From the NCBI RefSeq assembly GCF_001194135.2, contig NC_068986.1:69867175-69931174 (forward strand): 64,000 nucleotides of DNA, in the 5' to 3' direction. The notes beneath the pieces were generated by a model that searched no databases, was not told the origin of the DNA, and worked only from the letters and a program-made list of their open reading frames with translations. Shown piece after piece: positions 1 through 13,174 of this stretch. Position 1 is the stretch's first letter; each line of letters opens with the position of its first letter. Source of the stretch: Octopus bimaculoides (taxonomy: Eukaryota). A program made the position numbers and the translations under genes.

Positions 1-232
1 GTTCTGTCTTATAGCAACCTTAAGCACAGAATATGTGGCCGTCCACTTTTGCGTCTTCCAGGAGCATACCCAAATGAAAATGCGCCCGCTGAAGGATATT
101 CGTGGGTTTAAAGGGTTAAAGCCAACTGGTGAAAAAAACAGAAGTGTTTCGATACCATAAGTCCTTTTCAATAAAGCATATTTTGCTCAGTTGGCAATAT
201 ATATATCTATGTTTATATATGTGTGTGCGTGC

Positions 233-303
<71 letters not shown>

Positions 304-641
304 GTGAGTGTATTTGTCTATGTACAGAAATTTAGTGGTGCTGATTATAAATATCAACAATAGGATATGTAATACTGTGAGCTGAGATATTTTGATAATC
401 CGAGAATACAATAGCAATTAGAAGACAAAACTCCTTCTAAAAGGTGCCTAAAATCTAAAGCTAGTCGACATTTTGTAACCTGTGTATAAATCCATTCGTT
501 TTGTAATGAGAATGAATTACACAGAAAGAGACGCTGTCAAAAGAAATAATATTTTCGAATTATGTCGTCTTTAAATATAAACATAATGATTATCACATTG
601 AAATGCGACATTCAGACTAACTTCCTTTGTCTTTCTCTCAG

Positions 642-697
642 ACAACTTTAAGCCAAAATATTCTGTCGGAAATGACTAGACATAAAAGTAGCAAACA
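642..697 (+). CDS. Candidate 5' exon of the Cys-rich gene (ATG at 672-674, MTRHKSSK, phase-2 donor)
   Basis: Seen: acceptor cttcctttgtctttctctcag, donor CA|gtaagt, one frame open across the exon. The link to downstream exons is inferred from phase only. Confidence 0.35.
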
Positions 698-1743
698 GTA
701 AGTGACTTCGTTGTTATGTAATAGTATGAAATATAGGAAAGGAATAATGATTTTAATGTGTCACGTTAAATGAGAATGACTGATCGTATATGATGGTGTA
801 TACAGAAATAGCCGACGTGGTATTTAAAATGAAACAGTGGAATACCGTCATTTCTTTCTGTATACTTAAACTTGATAATGCAGACTGAGTGTTAGCAGTA
901 CGGAAAGCAAGCTGCTGAAGTAAGATGCATTCAATGTGATTATAAATGAAAAGAGGTGCGGAAAGAATGTAAGAGAAGTGTTGAAAATAATGGATTATCT
1001 GTATCAATAAGAGTCTCAAAGGAAAAATCGTTTATGGATTGTTGACTCAGCAAAATTAGCAACCGCTCTGATTCATCAGAAGACAAATAATGACGATATG
1101 ATAACGATGTTTCAACAAATAAAACAAAACAAAAAATCAATATATATTTAAAAGCTAGAAAGAAAATAAAATTCTTTTATAAAAAAAATAACCAGAATAG
1201 CTGCTGCTAGGAATAGGCATGTGGTTGGAAACTTTATAGTGTTGTAGTTTCTTTATGAGGGTAAAACAACATTTTTCAGGGTGGGGGGGAACAAAAAAAC
1301 AGAACGACCCGAATCGATATAGAAATGAGTTAATTAACTTACATTGATAAATTGATAGCGGTCTCCTTTAATTAATAGCACAACAAGAAGCAACTACATT
1401 GATATCAATAGCTTCTTCAAATGTTATATAATTGATTTGAAACTATATAAAAACGTTTGATTCTTTGAACAAGCGTCATATGAAAAATCTGTACTGAGTG
1501 GCGGATTCTTCTCTCTGGGCGTTATCCACGCACAAAGTATATTGACTCATCATGACAAAAAGTGCTGTTATAAAAAGATAATCAGAGAAATACAGAGTGC
1601 AAACATTATAAGGAGGCAGTAAAGATGTAAAGGTATGTTGAAGCAATTGCATAAAAAACCATGAAGCTGACAATGCTATTCTATTGCTAAATCTTTAAAG
1701 CGTACTGCATTGATACATCTTGACTTGGCAAGCGACAATTATA

Positions 1744-2954
1744 CGAGTTGGTATCAAAATGTTCCCGGACTAGTTCTGTCGCGCGCCAACAGATGGCGGT
1801 ACACGATAGTGTGTGCAGTGAGAGCTAGCAGTGACTCATGAGGCAGTGTGCCGAGTAGCATCGCTATGTTTATTTCGCAAGTTGTGAAATTTGTGTTTTT
1901 GTGATCACGTGTATGCTGTACTCTGCGGTTTTATCATGGATTTGCGTTAAACCTGGGAAGTTTGAGAAAGCTTACGGCGACGAAGAAATGGGCCATACGC
2001 AATGTTTCGAGTGACATAGGCGCTCCAAAAGCAGAAGAACGTCCTCTGGAAGACCTACCACAAGTGTCACCCCCGGAAATGTGGAGAAAATTCATCAACT
2101 TGTGCATGAGGATCATCGACATTAACGACATTGCTGATGTTGTTGGTCTGTGATATGGGCCCGTGCAGGCAATCCTAACGTCTGAATTAAACATGCGGCA
2201 TGTCTCTGCCAAGTTGTCTCCCGCTTGCGACCACTGAGCTCAAATAACATCGCGTCTGTTAAGATCTGTCTACATCTCCATCAGTGTGCTGCTGATGACC
2301 CATCCTTCATGTCGAGGATCATCATCGGTAACGAGAGTTGGGTCTATGGGTACGACTCTGAGAAGAAGCAGCAGTCGTCGAAATGGAAGAGCCCTTCACG
2401 ACCAAGGAAGGCACGACAGAGTCGCAGCTCAATCAAGAGCATGCTCATAATATTTTTTTTTTGCGACATCTGTGGTATTGTGGATCGAGAATTCGTCCCC
2501 CAAGGCCAGATCGCCAATCGAGAGTTCTACTGCGACATTTTGAAGCGTTTGAGAGAGACCATTTTGTGAAAGAGACCGGATCTGTGGAGCGCGAAGAATT
2601 GGGTACTTTACGATGATAACGCACCGTCGTCGAGCACTCCTCACTCCTAAGTTTCTCTCCTAAACAGCATGATAACGCTTCTGCACCCACTCTATTCACC
2701 AGATTTAGCACCTGCACACTTCCATCTCTTCCCCCAAGATGAAAATGCCACTCAAAGGTCGCCGTTTTAATACTGTTGCCGAGATCCAGAGCGAATCACA
2801 GAATGTCCTCGATTCACTTACGAAAAACGACTTCCACGCCGGATTCCAAATGCGGCAGGTGACTATTTCGAAGAAGATGATGTTAAAACTTGTGTAAATA
2901 AGTTTTTTCTTTTATCAAACACAACTAGTCCGGGAACGGTTTCATACTACCTCA
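1744..2954 (+). mobile_element. Full-length decayed mariner (Tc1/mariner, DD34D type) transposon
   Basis: Seen: about 32-bp imperfect TIRs (CGAGTTGGTATCAAAATGTTCCCGGACTAGTT at 1744-1775; reverse-complement partner at 2923-2954), TA at 1742-43 and 2955-56. Frameshifted transposase fragments IIIGNESWVYGYDSEKKQQSSKWK, WVLYDDNAP, YSPDLAP (2693-2713). Confidence 0.95.
1936..2880 (+). pseudogene. Mariner transposase pseudogene
   Basis: Several frameshifts, stops and deletions. First catalytic Asp reads Asn (AAC 2330-32); third reads His after YSPDLAPA. Confidence 0.9.
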
Positions 2955-3984
2955 TAGTTGTTGAAAATCTGCAGTTGATAAAAACTATGGGAATGTCTTT
3001 CATTTTTCTCTACTTACTAGTTTGTTATAATATATAGTAAGCAGTCAATAATATAACTGTTTTAATATATAAAACCAATTTTTCTAAGGATAATAAGACT
3101 ACAGATCTGCCTCCTAGATCTTTAATGATTGAGTAGATGTATGCATAGATATTTAGATAACTGCTTATAAAGGTGCATTGAATACAATGATTAGAGCAAA
3201 CAATAATTATAAAAAAATATTAAAAAACCCCAGTCATAAACATTTTTCTGCAATACAAATGTTATTTAAGTGTTTCGAAAATTTACTACAACCCTCGCAA
3301 AATACTATGAATCTTAAGTCACAGGGAAGAAAGTCATCAGTTAAATGATGTAAACCGAACAACATAAGGAGCAATCTTGAGTGTTAATGGTGAAAAGGTG
3401 ACCAAGTTATTCTATTAAATAATGTAGAATATTAATCCAAGTTAGATCTAAAGCAATATAGTCATCGTTCTAGCTTTCACACGAATGTAAATATCGAAAA
3501 CATTTCTCGCATACCTTTGTTAGGAAAGTGTTAAACTCCAGGAAAAACATTCTTGAGAATCATAGCAGAGGTTATACTGTCTATCTTCTCAGTACACACA
3601 ATTTTACAGCAGATTAACCTGTAGAATATAAATGAGGCGCATGACAAAGAATGCAATAACAAGAAACGCAAAAAGCTCCAAATGGATGCTAAAATTAATT
3701 AAAGGATTAAAGCTAACGGAGAAAGAAATATAGAAAACTATAGATCATGCACTTCTCTATTCTATAAAGTGTGCATGGAACTGCGAGTCCGTGTTTTTGT
3801 GAGTATGAGTATGAAAATACTTTTCAATAAACATTTTTGTCACATATTTCATCTGATGGCAATTATCTCCTTTCGATCAACGTAACAACCAAAGTATTCA
3901 CCGTAGTTTTAAAACCATCAACATCAAGGCAACAGATACCTTCACTGGAATAGTCTATGAAACACCAGAAATCTTTTATTTCAG

Positions 3985-4022
3985 TCCCGTACTCAATTGC
4001 ATGTTGGGATTTCTGTTGAAAG
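3985..4022 (+). CDS. Candidate 38-bp exon encoding the hydrophobic core of a signal peptide (PVLNCMLGFLLK)
   Basis: Seen: acceptor atcttttatttcag, donor AAG|gtttag (weak). Phase 2 in and phase 1 out exactly bridges 642-697 to 4615. Inference only. Confidence 0.35.
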
Positions 4023-4103
4023 GTTTAGTAGCAGATCAATATTTCTATAAGTAACGATCGTTCACCCGTACTTCAGATAAGGCCGATCTGAAGCAAAATA
4101 ATA

Positions 4104-4208
4104 ACTACAACAACAGCAGTATCAACAATAATAATAACAACAACAACAACAGATGCACTACAACAACAGCAGTATCAACAATAATAATAACAACAACAAC
4201 AACAGATG
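4104..4208. repeat. 53-bp tandem duplication built on AAC/AAT repeats
   Basis: actacaacaacagcagtatcaacaataataataacaacaacaacaacagatg occurs at 4104 and 4157. Confidence 0.9.
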
Positions 4209-4614
4209 TAACTTAAATTGCAAATAATGCTTTTCATCAAGGTATACTCCTTTGATTTCCTAGTGGCTAACAAATAAAGGACCTTCGTTTAGGGATAAAA
4301 CATTCTGAACTTAGATATCCACATTATTTCAATAATCCTTCAAATGCTCAAAACACTTCTGAAGATTTTTTTTTTTTTTTTGTTCCTAAGAGGCAAACTT
4401 TCTGGAGAACTTCTACAGAGCAGGCACTCCATTCCAATCTCTTTCATCCATTTGTCTGTATCATTACTCACAGTCCCCATTATATCAACTGTCACAGACA
4501 CAGGTTTTATGGATTTCATCATCATCATCACTACCATCATCATCATCATCATCATCATCATCGTTCTCATTCTTATTATTTATATATTTATTTATCTATT
4601 TTTTTTTATTTCAG

Positions 4615-4768
4615 TTACGCTAACTGGAGCGTTGCAGTGTCCCAAAGATTTTACCCAGAAAACAACCGAATGTTTAGCAGATTATACAAGAGAATTGAAT
4701 AATGTTGAAAATAATGAGTACAAACTATTAACTGGAATTGAAGTTGAAGCTATCAGAGCATTTTGCAG
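4615..4768 (+). CDS. Exon A of secreted/GPI-type Cys-rich protein: (V)TLTGALQCPKDFTQKTTECLADYTRELNNVENNEYKLLTGIEVEAIRAFC(S)
   Basis: Seen: acceptor tttttttatttcag, donor AG|gtatat, 154 bp = 2+150+2, protein-like composition, phase match to the next exon. Confidence 0.85.
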
Positions 4769-5985
4769 GTATATATATATATATGTTAACAAATTTTTTC
4801 TCAGATACGAATTCGTTTCAATCTTGTATTTTAAGGCTGGTCTAAACATGTTTATCACACTTCTTAATACATTTTCTTAGAAGTCGTTTTGAATGAGTGT
4901 TGCTAATTCAAACTCAAGGATAGCTCTAGCATTTAATGATACAAAAATATAATAGACAAAAGACATCATCAATTTTTAAAAAGTCACAAGCTAGATGTAT
5001 TCATACATTAGAAACCAAAATAACGTCTTTTGTGTTCAAATTTTAAAAAAATGAATTTTATTCACATTTGGCAGTCTTATTTGAATTTATGTTTTAGTTG
5101 CTTCAGTGTAATTTTTTCATGTCGTATATACTAGATGAATTAAAAACCTAATCGGGTACAACTGAGAGAAGATTATATAACCAATCAAGAAATAACAAGA
5201 ATTTGTTATTAGTCTAATGTACAAAGTCTCTCCATATTAGATTAAGACAGTTCATCCCCACATATGAGTGTTAATTGAGATATTTAGATGACGGGAAAAA
5301 GTAGAGCTTTTCTAGAAATAGCAAACATTTACATCTTTTTCTTACTAGAGGAATGAATAGTATCCATGGTTTTTATAGGCCCTCCTAGATCAGTGAAACT
5401 GAAGTCATCAACGTTTATTTTGAACGTTTGCAAATCGAAAACTGCGGGAAAGATATAGGTGGAGAGGAAATTCCAGAGAGCCGGCATTGGGGAATGAAAC
5501 ACCGGACGTAGTGATTAGTGTTACGTCTGGTGGGGTTGAGGCACCAAAAAAAAAAATGAGAAGAAATGTGGTGGGTGGGCTGGTAATGCTTGAGTTAATT
5601 TGAGTCGAATCAGTTTTGAATAGCAAAGACTCTTATAATACTGGTAGAAAAGTAAGGGAGAGGAGGAAGCGTACCTCATCTCTTCACTTTTACCAGAGAA
5701 TGGAATATGCCTGAGGGTGACGACTTTGTGCTAATCAGCCGGATTATCCTATACTAGATGAGGTCTAGGATATACGCGTATGCGGCATCAACGGTGTTCT
5801 AGACGTAATATTTCATGGTAGGCCTCACCTAAGCTCACAAAGTAAAAGTATGACTAATTGTTGTAGTCTGAACGGTTTTTGTTTTGGGGGTTAAGGTTCC
5901 ATGACAATGGAGATAGATATATAGAAAGATACGTAGGTAAATGAGTTGATAGACAGATAGATAGATTGCTGGGTTCAAATATCAT

Positions 5986-6243
5986 TTGCAAACCTATGGA
6001 AAACGAACCTCCACCAACTATTCTGCCTATATGTCTGTCCACACTTTTGAATGCAGTGTATGCCAGAAGGTTTGCAAATCTAACAGAAGCCTCAAAAGAG
6101 ATTTTAGGATCCACAATGATCAGAACTTTTGTGCAGTTCTTGATGGTCCAAATCGGATAAGCAATCTATGTGGGTGTCTTGTCAGAACATTGTCTGGTTT
6201 AAAAAGCCATATCAGATGCCTTGATAGTTCTAAGGTGTAGGTA
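5986..6243 (+). mobile_element. Probable 3' end of a 5'-truncated non-LTR (RTE-like) retrotransposon with two decayed C2H2-like fingers
   Basis: Seen: FECSVCQKVCKSNRSLKRDFRIH and NLCGCLVRTLSGLKSHIRC, no splice signals, no TGEKP linkers. Family assignment is inference. Confidence 0.45.
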
Positions 6244-6287
6244 CAGGAGGTGGTCAAACTCTGCATAAGGAGTAAACAACCAGCACC

Positions 6288-6327
<40 letters not shown>

Positions 6328-6354
6328 NNNNNNNNNNNNNNNNNNNNNNNNNNN

Positions 6355-6411
<57 letters not shown>

Positions 6412-7313
6412 GGTGTAAGGTGTGGTGTACAGATATTAAATATAGAGAAAAAAGGTCGCCAGCATTTTGGAATAAAATCTTTTTATTTTTAGTTATTAGC
6501 GCTTTCGTTCGTTTCTCGAACTTGTCAAATAGAATTTTGTGAATGTACAAACAGTTTGTTCATTTATATAAAAGAGATGTTTTTTTTTGTGGGGAAAGTT
6601 GTTTAGAAGAGGAGAACATTGTTTTCGTTTTCTTGGGTGAGGTTCCTCTATAATATTAAGTATTGTATGTGAACTGGCTGTAGTGTAATGTTGGCATCAA
6701 TATTTTTATGATATTTATAAGAGATCAAACAATATTACCAGGACAACATTAAATTAATATCTTGATAACTGTCTTGTCAGTAAACAAGCTTATTCATCTC
6801 AGACTTTTTCAACTTTTAACCTTTCGCTGTTGCTTAGATCAACATTTCATTTAATGGAATGAAATTACTATAACGAAAGAATAAAATTTACATAAATGAA
6901 AGTAATTCGTAGTAAAATTGAGTACACATGAAAGAAATGTCTGAAAATATAGAAGTGAAACAACCATGTCCTTTCTGAAAATATAGTACATGGTGCGTAC
7001 CATCAGTTGCTTGTAAAGTTTCAAAAAAATTTTTTTTTTCTTATTCATGAAGTTCTGTAATTCGAAGTCAGCGAAGATATTGAGCATTTCTCTTAATATT
7101 CTGGGAAGTAAATCCCTAGCCTGAAACCTTCCTCGATAAATACTCACCGCGTATCCAATTTTACAGATTGATGTTAAGGCACTAATAGCTATTGCGATCA
7201 GCATAATCATTAGAATCACATACTGTCTATTCAAATGCTTAGCTTTGTATCTCATTTAACAAATGTTAGTATGGTTTAGAAAAAAAGACATCCTGATTAA
7301 GTTAGTTTCTCAA

Positions 7314-7360
7314 AATCGCTAAATAATTGAATCGCTAAATAATTGAATCGCTAAATAATT
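7314..7360. repeat. 16-bp tandem repeat, about 3 perfect copies
   Basis: aatcgctaaataattg at 7314, 7330 and 7346. Confidence 0.95.
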
Positions 7361-8903
7361 CCCAGAAACATTATCTCATAATGTGAGCATATTTTAGATT
7401 TTGCTGTGAATATTTTGCAGGATAAAATGGAACAGCGAATAATTGGGTAATATATTATTGGGAAAGAAGTTGTAAAATCACACTGATTCAGCTTTTAAAG
7501 AGAAAAATACTCTTCAGTGGAAATAAAATATATTAACTCTAACAAGCAGTAATGCATCGACTTACGAACAATTTAGTAGCGTTCTGACGTAGGTCTTACA
7601 CGTGTATCACCAGAACTTACTTTGTTGTTGTACCGGAAAGATAATAATTATACAGAATAATTAGATCTAAAGAATGCGCCAATATGAGTTACGACAAAAA
7701 TTACTGATGCTTTGCAGATCCTTTGCGGATTTAATCTTGATAATAAAACTTCGACTGGATGCGTGAATAAAGATATAGGCGACTCATGACGAAAATTGAA
7801 TTGAAAGATAGTCGTAAAGATAAAATATATCAAAGTAAAAATAACAGCTTTGATTTAGAGCATCGATGAGAAAGTACTGGACATATCGATAAATAATTCA
7901 ATATATGAGGGTCTCTGTGATGCTGAAGGAAATGGGTCTATTGATTTATGAAAGGAATCTCTGATGGATTTCAATAAGTTTTAGCGTAGATTCTATTTGT
8001 GTTATCATTCATTAGAATCACTTGGGTGTAAAAGCAACCAAAACATCCAATAAGTTGGTTAAAAATCCTCTGTAATTATTAAATGTTTGCGATGAATTTC
8101 CTATTATTCCGAAAAGGACTGTACCGAAATAAAACGTTATTCCATGCTTTATTCACTCTTGGATATAATCTATGATTTGAGAAATGTATGCCTATTGCCT
8201 TTCGTATATAATATAAGAAACAATGAGGAATATTCACACTGAATGATCAGAGAGCAAAGATGGGAAATTATCAATAATAGGCACTTGTTGATATAGTCTC
8301 AAAGACAAAGAACGTTATACGATTGTTTGGTTTAAGAGAATCCTTTGTTGTTTTGAACAACAAAACCTGTATAGAAGTGTTATGTACCATTAATACGAAC
8401 AAAGCCAGTTTAATGGGAAAAGTCATCTATGCATTTGAATATAAATTTTAGATGTTAAGATACGCGTGAGGCATGTTATCGTATAAAATATTTGAAACTT
8501 CCAGGGAGTCACTTGCTGTTCCTGCTATAACTACTTAAGATGATACTGCTAATTTTACTTAATTTTTAAATATAAAAATATCCAGTAAAGCAAGGATAAA
8601 TTAAGAAGTTCAAAAATTTTAATATTCAATAAGTAATTGGCTCACATATTTTTCTTCTCTCATATTAGTTGATAACTGAAATAGTTGCACCAAAACGTGT
8701 TTCATTAAAAACTACTGTATTATGGAAAAATTATATTTCCAGAGGAAAGAAAACAGTATAAAAAATATTGGTTCAAAGCCTACAATGGATAAAAACATGG
8801 AATCAAAGGGTGGTCGCTCTTAGTTGCTTAGATAAAATTAAATTGTTATCGGTTATTGAGCTAAGTTTTTCTGTACACCGATTAGGTAATATTACTTAGA
8901 TAG

Positions 8904-9079
8904 GGCGTCGAGCAGGCAGAATCGTTAGCACGCCGGAGAAAATGCTTAGCGGGCGCATTTCGTTCGTCTTTACATTCTAAGTTCAAATTTAACCGAGATC
9001 GACTTTGCCTTTCATCCTTTCGGAGTGGATAAAATAAGTACCATTTAATTGCTGGCCTTGTGCCAAAATCTGAAATCAG
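8904..9079 (+). mobile_element. tRNA-derived SINE, family A, internally deleted
   Basis: A-box-like GGCAGAATCGTTAG, B-box-like AGTTCAAATT, shared core ctttgcctttcatcctttcgg..gataaaataagtacca. 14-bp TSD with one mismatch (8890-8903 and 9080-9093). Confidence 0.85.
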
Positions 9080-9872
9080 TATTACTTACATAGATACTTT
9101 TGTTCACTGTTGCAATAAAATTGTCTCTGATGAGGAATCAGATGAATTGTTGAGGTAAAATGCATAACAAATCAATAAATCCTCTGCTTTCATGCGGAGC
9201 ACCTTGTTCCGGTCCCCTTAGCTGAGTTCATTTCTTCACAGAAAGGGTTTAGGTCTCAAAATCTAACACTTGAAGGTCGCATTTTAAATGATCGAACAAT
9301 CAGAATATCGAAATCTTAAAAAAGCCGAAACTCAGAATACTAAACGCCATTATGTTAAAAAAAGAAGCTCCAAATTTTAAAATACTTTAAAACAATAAAC
9401 TCGTAACACTTGTAAAAGACATTTCCATCCAGTAGAAAGGTAAGTTCATTTGAGAAAATATATTGTAACATATACTGACAACAAGTGAAACTGTATTGCA
9501 GGAACACGATATCGAAGACATAAGCGAGAACATATACTTTTTATTTATTGAATATTCTCGTTCTTTAAATTTCATCATTATTGTCTTTACTCTTTTGTTT
9601 TTACTTTTGTCTTTCAATACAGACATAAACACGCCGAATAGTCACATTTTTGAGAGTCCGAAATTAGACTCGTACACTTGTTTATCTTTCTTTGCCTTAA
9701 GATTTTCACTGTGTAATAGAAATATAGAAACTTCGGCCTTTTGATTGGTTGACGTGTTTTGATTCGTATTGAGAGTGTGTACTAATAGAATTAACGAACA
9801 GAAATATTCGATAAATAAACCATTTTCTCTTATATATATGATATCGTATCCCTGTTTATGTGTTATTTTTCA

Positions 9873-10100
9873 TACTTAGGAGTAATGTTTGTCCCCTTTT
9901 ATACATGGCTATTGCCTAGGAACGGATGTTACTGTTATTTTTAATCCCAAAGAGTCGCCTCCTCCAGCTGGTTATTCGGTGCAATATGCACCCGATATAC
10001 ATTGCAAGCGGGGAGATAACTCCTGTCATCTTCTAGCTACGAGACCACCAAAGCATACCGTTACGACCACTTTGTGATCATCCTCGATGACAGATATCTG
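9873..10100 (+). mobile_element. MITE copy of the TACTGAG-terminus family (right end unclear)
   Basis: Roughly 85% similar by eye over about 185 bp to the reverse complement of 10230-10484. Confidence 0.6.
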
Positions 10101-10229
10101 TCCGCTAGACGTAGTAGTGGTTCACTCCAGCTCATAATATATAGAAAATAAGTGGCATTGGCATACGGTCATTGATCTTGCAACAAGTAAATTAACTAGT
10201 TAAGAAAAATCTCTGTAAAAGATGGAGTT

Positions 10230-10484
10230 TACTGAGAAATAATGTTTACCGCCACCCGATGAGTACCCACAGCGAAGATGATCACAAAGAGGTCGAAACC
10301 GTTAAGGGCTGGTGGTCTCGTAACTAGAAGATGGCAGGAGTTATCTCCCCGCTTGCAATATATAGGGTGTAGATTGCACCGAATAACCAGCTGGAGGAAG
10401 CGTCCTCCTGGAGTTAAAAATAGTAGTAACGTCCGTTCCAAGGGACAGTCATGTATAAGTGGCGATAAGTATTACTTCTCAGTA
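10230..10484 (-). mobile_element. 255-bp MITE with 26-bp TIRs and TA ends
   Basis: TACTGAGAAATAATGTTTACCGCCAC (10230-10255) versus reverse complement of 10459-10484: 22/26 match. Confidence 0.75.
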
Positions 10485-13107
10485 GAAATACTACTTTCAT
10501 CTCTATAAGGGATGAAAACAGTATTTATACTAATTTAACTAGCTAACTTGCTTGTGTTTATACTTGCTTTTAGCCTGATTTTCATATTATTTTTTTGTCA
10601 AATCTTTCAAAATTCAGAATTTTAAAATGTTAACATTATGACTATCAGTTTTCGGTCTTTCGGGGTTTTAGTATTCTAATTTTTTTGATAATTTGAAATT
10701 TGAACTTCTTGCGTTCCAATTTATGACAAACGCAGTACAGGATATACTCATAGGATATGTTCAGCTCGCATCTTAGCTAATGAAATATTTGTCAGTTTGC
10801 TTGAATGACGTCTTACTTTAGTATCCTGTACTTCTCAATAATACTGTTAAAATTATTATATAATCGGCACAGAGAACGGAGTTCATTAAAATCTGTTCAA
10901 AGAATATCAGGTGTATGACTGAACAGTGTTTATTTTAAGTGAATTACAACTGAATTACTTAGGAAGTAGCAGAGTTGTTGTTGTTGTTGTTTTGTTGTTG
11001 TTTTTTGTTTTTTTTAGATTTCATTTTTCGTTTAAATAATATTCAATGGTAATAGTAATTCAAATAGCTGACTATTGTAATGAGCATTACTTCGTGATCA
11101 GAAATATTCTTTAAAAAACACTTGCGAGATGTTGACGATTAATCTATAACATATCAAAATGAGAGTTTCTATTCACAGCAAAGAAATGAGAACCTTTCTA
11201 CGTTGATAAAAGTTCACCAATATTAGACATGATAATACTTGTCTGGTTTGCACGAACCTTATCTTTTTGTTTTAACGTGTATGTATATATGTGTATGTAT
11301 GTACGTATGTGTGAATATGTATGTATTATAGCTGTGCATTTCATATTTTTGACAAATTTTGCTTCATTTACCTAGATGTATTTGTATTTATCATGGTAAA
11401 GTTACAGCGTTTACTTAAGTTAACTATTTTTTAAAAACTCTTTTTCAAGCTATTTAAGTTCAGGACTTTACTGTCATTCTTCTTCGTCGATTGGTTATAC
11501 CCAACATCGCCTTTTGTTGTGGGAGCCTGCATTTCCTGGCTCGTCATGATAGAAATCATATATATGCAAATGTAATAAGGCTGTGACGTCTGGAAAACTG
11601 TGAATTAGGATAACTACAAATACCAACACAGAACGGAAAGGTTGCTATGCACAAAACCTAACGAAGAACGACGCATGCGCGCGCACACACACACACACAC
11701 ACATGTATGTGTGCGTGCGTGTGTGTGTGTAACACATGCGAGTGAATCTGTGTTGTAAATGATAACCTATGGAATTAATATTTTTCTTAAGCACTCTTTA
11801 TTATTAGGTTGTTTTTCAACACTCACATATTAAAAATACTATTTTTGGCTACACAAAGTAATCCTTTTATAGAAGTGCCTTTGGATACTGAAGCATAGAG
11901 ATTTTTAATTAATCATGTCATTATTTTATTTATAACTTTCACTTGAAAAAGATGGAGATAATGAAATAACTAAAAACAGTAATATAGCTACGTTCACCTC
12001 GTCGTTCCTCTCTAGTTCTCTTCCCTTGTTTAAACCTAGTTCTCACTTCCACTCTATTTAATGACTGGTTATCAAAAGGACGGGAATTATACTCATTTAG
12101 TTACTAATTTTTTTCTCAAATTTTCAACGAATAGCATAGAAATTAGAAAGTATAATCTACAAAATAAATGCGGAAATATAAAGAGGTGTCCATTCTTAAT
12201 AAGGAAATATTTGAGTATACTATTATGATATCTATATTGGAAGTAACAAAGTAACTTGAGTACTATTCAGATATTAGTTACCTCAATGAAGTCTTTAAGC
12301 AGAATCAGCGTGACATCCGGTGTGACAAGTTTGAATCTCCGAATAACTGTTGAATTCCATTCGATTGAGTCCACATATTTTTCGCTTACCCAGTCTTATT
12401 CATAAAGCCTGTGTCAAGTCAATGCTATAGCAGGAACGACTTGCTTGTAGTGCTGAACAGTGGGATTGAACCCGAACCCGTCACGTCACCACTGCGAACC
12501 GAAATTCTTTAGTAGTGCGCTTTATATGAACATGTGGAGTCAGGCATGCCATCAGGATAATCGGTTCCGCATGTACTCTAGAATATCAGGCTTCTGTGTA
12601 CTTTTGTTATTGTGTTTTATTATAAACAAATTTTATGAACGAGATATTTACATAAAAGTGTACTTTAAAAAAAATGTCCTTTCTTTACTACATAAAAGGA
12701 TTTCTGCTTTGTTTTTTTTTTGTTTTTGTTTTTTTCGGGAAGATCAAACGCCTACCAAAGTTCTTCAGTAATTGTTGAGGAGGAAAGCCTGTTCATTGTC
12801 AACATTAATATCCTTCTGAATAGAAACAATACGGCAACGATATATTTTACTGTTAGTCATTTGTTGAATATCTCAATACTGCTAAAAGCTACAGCCATAT
12901 ACTACTTTATCTGTCATAGTAGTTCAGCAATCTGCTTAAGTCGTAAGTCTATTGTCAAATTTAATAGTCTGTTAAATTTCTCTTCCATTCATGTCAGAAA
13001 AGACTAAAAGATTAATGAAAACAGCATTCTTCACTATATATCTCCTGTCACTCGTAACCACCCCTTTTTATTTTTGGTTTCGTTTTCAAGTCAGTGCTTT
13101 CTCTGTC

Positions 13108-13174
<67 letters not shown>

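Noticed and set aside
1-119. GGG|TTAA at 113-119 suggests a piggyBac-like right end
   Set aside because: No partner terminus or transposase in the window; a 7-bp motif alone is insufficient.
4344-4880. 178-aa ORF with an apparent signal peptide and poly-Ile segment
   Set aside because: Only 4615-4768 is exon-like; the hydrophobic stretches come from poly-T and (ATC)n intronic repeats.
5748-5786. CTAGATGAGGTCTAGGATATACGCGTA resembling a hammerhead
   Set aside because: Both core boxes are altered (CTAGATGA, no GAAA) and stem I is poor.
5986-6240. Host C2H2 zinc-finger gene
   Set aside because: No linkers, broken ligands, no splice context; better explained as a retrotransposon C-terminus.
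7314-7360. Short repeat array as CRISPR
   Set aside because: Contiguous 16-bp units without spacers, in eukaryotic DNA with no cas genes.
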